Made by a program: the position numbers and the translations under genes. Below, one piece after another: positions 59,201 to 64,000 of a stretch of DNA of 64,000 bases. Position 1 is the first letter of the stretch. The number at the start of each line of letters is the position of its first letter. The DNA comes from Macrostomum lignano (Eukaryota): assembly GCA_002269645.1 (NCBI GenBank), contig NIVC01002925.1, positions 65,821 to 129,820 of the forward strand, written 5' to 3'. Below the pieces are notes generated by a model, which worked only from the letters and a program-made list of their open reading frames with translations, made no database searches and had not been told where the DNA came from.

Positions 59201-60743
59201 CCCTTTTTGGGGCTTGCTCAGTGTGGACGAGGGCGTACTAAGGATTGATGTGGAGGGGGTCGCGGCCAAGAAGAAAATCGTGTTGCCCGAAAGCTTGGAC
59301 CAGAAGGTGTTCCGGTTGCTGCACGACGATCCTCTGGCCGGGCACTTTGGGCGAAGGAAAGTGGACGAGCGCTTTCGCCAACGGTTCTGGCGCCCCGGCC
59401 TGCACCGACGGATCGCCGAGATGTGTGCGGCCTGCGAGTGCTGTTTGCGGTCCAAGCCGCACAAGCGGGCCAAAGCTTCGCCGCAATCTCTTGAACTTAG
59501 CGAGAAGTTCTCTCGCATTCACTTGGATTTTGTGGGGCCCCTGGGTCGAGGCCAGAAGTCAAGGAAGGGGAACACCAGTATCCTCACGGTGACGGACAGC
59601 TACACCGGCTGGGTCGAAGCTTACCCTACCCGGGACCAGACATCGAAGACCGTCATCCGTCTGCTGGTGCAGGAATACATACCGAGGTTCGGAGTACCTG
59701 ACTGGATACACACGGATCAGGGACAGCACTTTGAGTCCCGGGACTTCCAGCGCTTTTGTGACTCTCTGGGTATCCGCAAAACCCGCACGACGCCATACCA
59801 TCCTCAATGCAATGGGAAGGCCGAAGTCCAGCACCGCACGATCCGGGCCCTGTTGACGGCGCAGCTGGAACAGGACCACGACTTGTGGGATGAGAAGCTG
59901 CCGGCATGCCTCCTGGCGATGCGTTCCAGCCTGAACCGCATGACGGGGTATTCCGCGTTCAGCTTAACGTACGGGCAAGAGGCTCGACTGCCCTTGGACG
60001 TCGCTCTCGAGCCAGCTGAGGCCGCTCCCGGGCATGCTGCCTACGCGGCCCGTCTGGCGGCGTATCTCGATCAGGCGCGCGCAGATATCGAGGAAAAGTT
60101 CGAGACCCGAGTTCAACACCAAGCGCGCCGACCGCAGAAGTGCCGCAGCCTGGACATCGGTGACATTGTGTTCTTGGCCAACCCTCATCTGGAAGAATGG
60201 GAGATTCCTAAGTTTCACAAGGCGTTCACCGGCCCCTGGAAGGTGGTGGCCCAGCCGTCCCAGGCCGTGTTCGACATCGCCCCGGTGCACCCCCAGCCAG
60301 GCAGGCCCGCGGTATACCGGACCCATCGCGATACGCTCCGTCCCGCGCCGGCCCAATATCAGCCCGAGGTGCCTCAGGCAGCTGCCCGCAAGTCTCCTGC
60401 CGGACCGGGCCGACCACCAGTTCGCCCAGCGCCTCGAGCCCCGGAAGCACCGCAGTGGTTCCCCGACTCCGATTCGGAGGAAGAAGAGGAAATGTATGTC
60501 AGATGGCCTCTGCGAAACCGGCTCCCTCCGGTGACGGTTCCCGCCGAAGTAGCATTGCCGCCGGCAAACCATCCAACCCAACCAGTTGACGTCCCAGAGC
60601 CCGCCGCCGATCAGGAACCAGTAGAGCAGGGCCCGCCAGCCCCGAACTGCCCACGCCCCCCGCAGCGGGAGAGCTCGAAGCCAACGAGGAACCGCTGGAT
60701 GAGCCACCGTTGGGCCCCGTGTTGCGCCCTCGGGCTGCCCTGA
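56262..60743 (+). CDS. Gag-Pol polyprotein, 1493 aa: capsid-like Gag, RT, RNase H, integrase
   Basis: RT: LRVCIDFREVN, LDLRSGYHQ, MPFGL, YIDD. RNase H: DCDAS..ALGAVLSQ, LE, TDH. IN: H..PLAGH...C.CC, HLDFVGP, HTDQG, NGKAE. Confidence 0.96.
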   Translation: MSRARGDRVVEAVCADAPGQPPSAADTPAVAAPAAAMAAAAGNQANQPPDAVVTDEPDIGAAAPNPESGGHVAVAAPPVCQPSSVIVLEPKVRPQFHLDPFNESRDNIFLWVGRLEFKFKVEDISTDADRILTLISHLQGEQQDIVVGQARRLGTYSQLRDMLVERCVSVWSPMARHCFNQTLEQEPEESDFRFATRLLRTLQWTMRGRPPDEIDLEAQLAYMSKARMPRDVRIQLLAQRQFPDVTALVTRHQELSEAVQLAEAFDTDSPAQPEETEPDQPTPSLPSPPPPSPPKAWWVATGGDMELTPWSETTVRVRGRPWEGDCLVEGVDMEAFPEIAVSRSLDQAVDGWVRVRLINWSEEPVQLPAGTVVAQASALKEVALVNRITPMGNTGPGPTATPKDSTAARKPPDWMKDLEMGSQLSPQERQRLLRLLNDNTDVFAEEENDLRVTDVVTHEIKLTDSRPVKMHPRRLPQAYQEEVRHQVQGWLETGKVKVSKSPYSSALVLVPKSDGSLRVCIDFREVNERSVAEVTPLPRIDELLASLGGSAYFTSLDLRSGYHQVPIQPECRPYTAFAVPNMGLFEWNVMPFGLKGAPSTFSRLMNLVLAELQPAIAMAYIDDVIVHSRDFSTHLNHLQLVFNKLRTANLRLKPSKCAFAKSEVTFLGYVVSREGVAPCPHKTCAIDTWPRPQSVTEVRQFLGKAGYYRQFIPDYSEVAAPLHALTKKGTKDIPGRWGPEQEQAFEKLKRALVTAPVLHHPDFGPQAGIFVLDCDASLNALGAVLSQRQADGSERVIAYGSRSLVSSERNHCVTKLEMLSLVFFTRQFRYYLLGRRFIVRTDHRSLTWLRNFKEPTGLIARWFTHLAEYDFEVEYRPGRLHTNADALSRRPAHQHGDCPICRPPEDARPPGELDEDLRTFRVETKRRLLEQRDLLSKAELMEAQRKDPALAWIMRRLGEGAEKAPPAGTELCPPLVRRVAPFWGLLSVDEGVLRIDVEGVAAKKKIVLPESLDQKVFRLLHDDPLAGHFGRRKVDERFRQRFWRPGLHRRIAEMCAACECCLRSKPHKRAKASPQSLELSEKFSRIHLDFVGPLGRGQKSRKGNTSILTVTDSYTGWVEAYPTRDQTSKTVIRLLVQEYIPRFGVPDWIHTDQGQHFESRDFQRFCDSLGIRKTRTTPYHPQCNGKAEVQHRTIRALLTAQLEQDHDLWDEKLPACLLAMRSSLNRMTGYSAFSLTYGQEARLPLDVALEPAEAAPGHAAYAARLAAYLDQARADIEEKFETRVQHQARRPQKCRSLDIGDIVFLANPHLEEWEIPKFHKAFTGPWKVVAQPSQAVFDIAPVHPQPGRPAVYRTHRDTLRPAPAQYQPEVPQAAARKSPAGPGRPPVRPAPRAPEAPQWFPDSDSEEEEEMYVRWPLRNRLPPVTVPAEVALPPANHPTQPVDVPEPAADQEPVEQGPPAPNCPRPPQRESSKPTRNRWMSHRWAPCCALGLP

Positions 60744-61789
60744 GGCGCCCAGAACGTTGGGGTTACGAGGTGCGGCGGCTGGATTCGACCCAGGAGGCAG
60801 ATGACTCCGACTACGACTGGGGCCCTCCATCGGACCCAGAGGACTGCTGGAACAGCAGCATCAGTGGGTCACTTGACTGGGATCCTCCCTGAGGTGCCAC
60901 TCTTGCGGGTCAGCCCCTGGCCCCGTGGAGATTAGAATCATTATTAGGACGATGACTTCACCTTAGGCACTGTACCGTATGACAAGATATATTTTACTAC
61001 TGCAATTGGCTCAGTTTGACATGAAAGGCATGGCGAATGGGTGGATCTCGCATAATGTACAGGTGAAAAGAAATCAGGTTGGTGATGGGACTTACCGAGT
61101 AGTTGTATAGTTTGGAAAATCGCGCTGAGTGCCTTGGTTGGAAACTGCGACTCCGTGTAGGTTGCAGGCAGCCGGCTCCCGTTATCAGTGGCGCCTTTTA
61201 TACAGTGGCCAGCGCACGGCGCGGCGCCTCCCAGCCTACAACCGATCGCCCCGAAGCCCTCTGACTGGCTGAAGCGGGGTCCGAGCCTTCAAGGACGCTA
61301 GGCCTCCGTGCGGTTGAACTCCCGGCGAAATTAGCTTATTAATTTACTGCGCTGCATTAGTATTTTTCCCCTGTGTAATTGTCATTCTCCCCGAGGCTCT
61401 GCCCTTGGCTGTGTGCTAGCAACCCTTCCCCCCTTCTTTTTCCCCACTTCCCTCACCCTTCCCCGTTTCCTCTCTTTCCCAGCTGCGCTTCTATCCAATT
61501 ATGATAATTTATTGTTGACAATTCGCTATTTTTCTCCCTACTATTGCGCTGTCTGTGTTTCCCCCCTCCCACTTTAGCCACAGCAACAGTTGAAATTTTT
61601 GAAATTCTGTATTGCACTCCAACCTATGTATCTCGTTTGTGAATTTATTGCTATCCCCTCTATTTTATCGCCTTTTTCCATTCCCGCTCGCGGTTTGTTA
61701 ATTCTGTGATTTCACGTTCGGTTGAGATCCCGCTCCCGTCTGTGTGGTTCCATGTTGGGCAGTGATGATGACGGAACCAGTTCCGTCAC

Positions 61790-61806
61790 AAAAGGCAGTG
61801 GGGGTG
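61790..61806 (+). other. Polypurine tract
   Basis: AAAAGGCAGTGGGGGTG immediately before the 3' LTR. Confidence 0.75.
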
Positions 61807-64000
61807 TGATGTAACCACGCTCTGGTCGCGGGATAGGGCATGGGAACTTTTTCGAAAGTGCCTCCTATCCCGTGCACCCTCTGCACAGAGCTGTCGAGAC
61901 TCGGCCAGGTCTCCGACCGGGCCTGGAGACTCCCGCTCTGCTGCACCCTCCTGCTGCCTTGGTCCCGTCTCTCCTGCCGCCACACCTGCCTTTCCGGAGC
62001 CCCTACCCCTTTCTGTACCTCCCCCTCTACCCTATCTCTTCTGTTCCCGCCCTATTCTTCCTGTACTTTCTCTACCTCCTCCTTTTTTTGTCTCCCTCTG
62101 CACTCTTTTCCTGCGCTGTCCCCTCTTTCCCTGTGTCTACTTACAGTACTTTGTGTGCTCACCGTCTCCCCATCCCCTCTCAAACTCCCAAACGGTGACG
62201 CAAGTCGTGTGACCCCTTCTCCCCCTCGGTGACTCATCGATGACTCATCCCCCTCTCTTGCGCAACCTTTTCTCACGCTATTGTTCTCCTTCCCAAATTT
62301 CTCATGTGACACCCACCCCACCTCCGCTTCTATTGTTCTCGTTTTTGCTTCTTTTGTTCTCTCGACCCCACCAATTATCACATTTTCTCCGATTTTCTCT
62401 TTCTTTTGTTCTCGTTTTCGCACCTAATTATCACCTTTTCTCCAATGTTTACTTTTCCATTGTTCTCAGTTTTCCCCAATTATCCCCGATTTCCAATTCC
62501 TTTGTTCTCGACCCCAGCCCTATTGTTCTCAATGTTTGCTTGCGCAACACTTTCGCGACCACCCGCTGCGCCAATTATCCCCCCACCCACCTCCGGATTG
62601 CGCAATTTCCCGATTTCTCATGTTGCTATGCCGGTCTCATGCTTCTCATCATGACTCATTCTGACGTCATTCTGCCGGCAGCCAATCAGAGAGAGGGAGC
62701 CATGGTAACGACCTTGAGGAGGCGGCTGTGAGGTCTATAAAAGGAAGCGATTTCGGCATGAGAATACTCAACTGAGTTTATCTCTGTTCCTCTCCTCGTC
62801 CTTCTTTGGACTTGCTGTCAGATTGAGTTCTGACCCATTCGTCTATAAGACGAATCCCTGCCGGTCCGCGTCTGTTACCGCCAAGTTATCCTTAGCTCCC
62901 CAAGTGAGCTCGCCTATCGGCCAGCGGTCTGATACCGCCCAGCATCATCAGCATCGCCTGATCTACATCAGCGCCTCGTCGCTCCAGCGCATCGCCGCTT
63001 CACCGTCTGCCTGACTGCAGCCTACAGCCGCCCTCGGTCACTCCGCTCTCTCTCTCTCTGTGCAGCTGCCGGTAAGTTCCTGCTACTAATTTGTGCTCTA
63101 ATTGCCTTTGCTTATCCGGGGTTTGCCTATTTTCCATTGTCTGATTAGAGAGCTGAGCCAATTGTGATACCGTATCTTTTGCTGTATTTTACTCAATAGT
63201 GAAGCCGCCTAATTGCCTGCTTATTTGCCTAAGGGCCTAATTATTAACTATTAACTAACTTCATCATTATTCAATCTTTCACCATCATTTCACTCATGGC
63301 TTGCTAAGCCTTTCTCCCGGGGTGGCAAAGCATAAGGAAGTTTGGGTAAGCTAATGGCCTCTCCCGTGCAAAGCCCGCCTGTGAGTGCGTGCTGCGGGGC
63401 CGCGTGTGCGTGCAGTAGAGGGATTAGCGAGTCTTGGCACAGAATGGCAGTAGGAAGGTTGCAACCCCATGCTAACGCGTCCCTTCGCCCTGAGCAATCT
63501 AAACTGTAGACAGTACATGTTCGCCTCATACTACTCTTAGTAATCAAAGTCGCAAGTCAGCCTCGCTCACAGCCACAAAGGATCCCCTGCTGAGAAATCC
63601 TCCAGGATTGAGCCCAGAGTTCCCGATCATGCCCCAAGCAGAGTCCCTGTACTCGGCTGCATGCGTCTCCCCTGCTAGCCTAAATCCCCTGGTAACCAAT
63701 CCAGGCGGGGCTCTAGCCTCGAGAGGTCTGGTAGAAAGATCCAGGTGCGCCAGGTCACATAGAGTGGTGGCAGCCACTCGGTCATACCATGACCGAGTGA
63801 CCAACTATTGCACCTTGGCTACAGGTGGGGTCCATGTGGGTCCTTGGCCCTCTGGTCACGAAGCGCTACCAAAGCTACTAATCATGTGGGCGGGACAGTC
63901 TGGTGCTGGAGGTCCGTCAGGTCATTGCCCGGTCATAGGCAGCCTACGGTCATTGCCCCCTCTAGCCATGCGTTCGTCTCTCTACGGAGCGGACAGGCGA
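61807..64000 (+). repeat. 3' LTR (about 20 bp short of complete at the window edge)
   Basis: Begins TGATGTAACC; the window end corresponds to ~53892 of the 5' LTR. Confidence 0.95.

Larger units (their letters stand above)
51694..64000 (+). mobile_element. Ty3/Gypsy LTR retrotransposon, ~12.3 kb, 3' end just beyond the window
   Basis: Two near-identical LTRs, PBS, PPT, and gag-RT-RNaseH-IN order. Confidence 0.97.

Noticed and set aside
56673-60830. Antisense and alternate-frame ORFs overlapping gag-pol
   Set aside because: Expected shadows of a GC-rich coding region; no domains. Only the alternate-frame pol tail is kept as a finding.

Overview
Eukaryotic animal DNA with GC-rich exons and introns filled with minisatellites. 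This style resembles the free-living flatworm Macrostomum, but that is an inference and was not verified. Four host genes were reconstructed by hand from splice sites. (1) A minus-strand gene of 11 or more exons with JAK architecture: FERM-like region, SH2-position region, pseudokinase, tyrosine kinase (1977-12194). (2) CDV3, plus strand, head-to-head with it. (3) A SOL-1-like protein with five CUB domains (27803-42235, plus). (4) Calcineurin B (minus). Also present: three tRNA-Gly(GCC) copies, about 28 distinct tandem arrays, four non-autonomous DNA-transposon families, a Tc1 remnant and a 5'-truncated RNase H LINE. A recent Ty3/Gypsy LTR element of about 12.3 kb starts at 51694 and runs off the window end. 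It has 2.2-kb LTRs, a tRNA-Leu PBS, a 2.3-kb leader and one gag-pol ORF with intact RT, RNase H and integrase, but no recognisable aspartic protease or zinc knuckle. Most long ORFs in the supplied track are artefacts of the satellites. All alignments and counts were made by eye.
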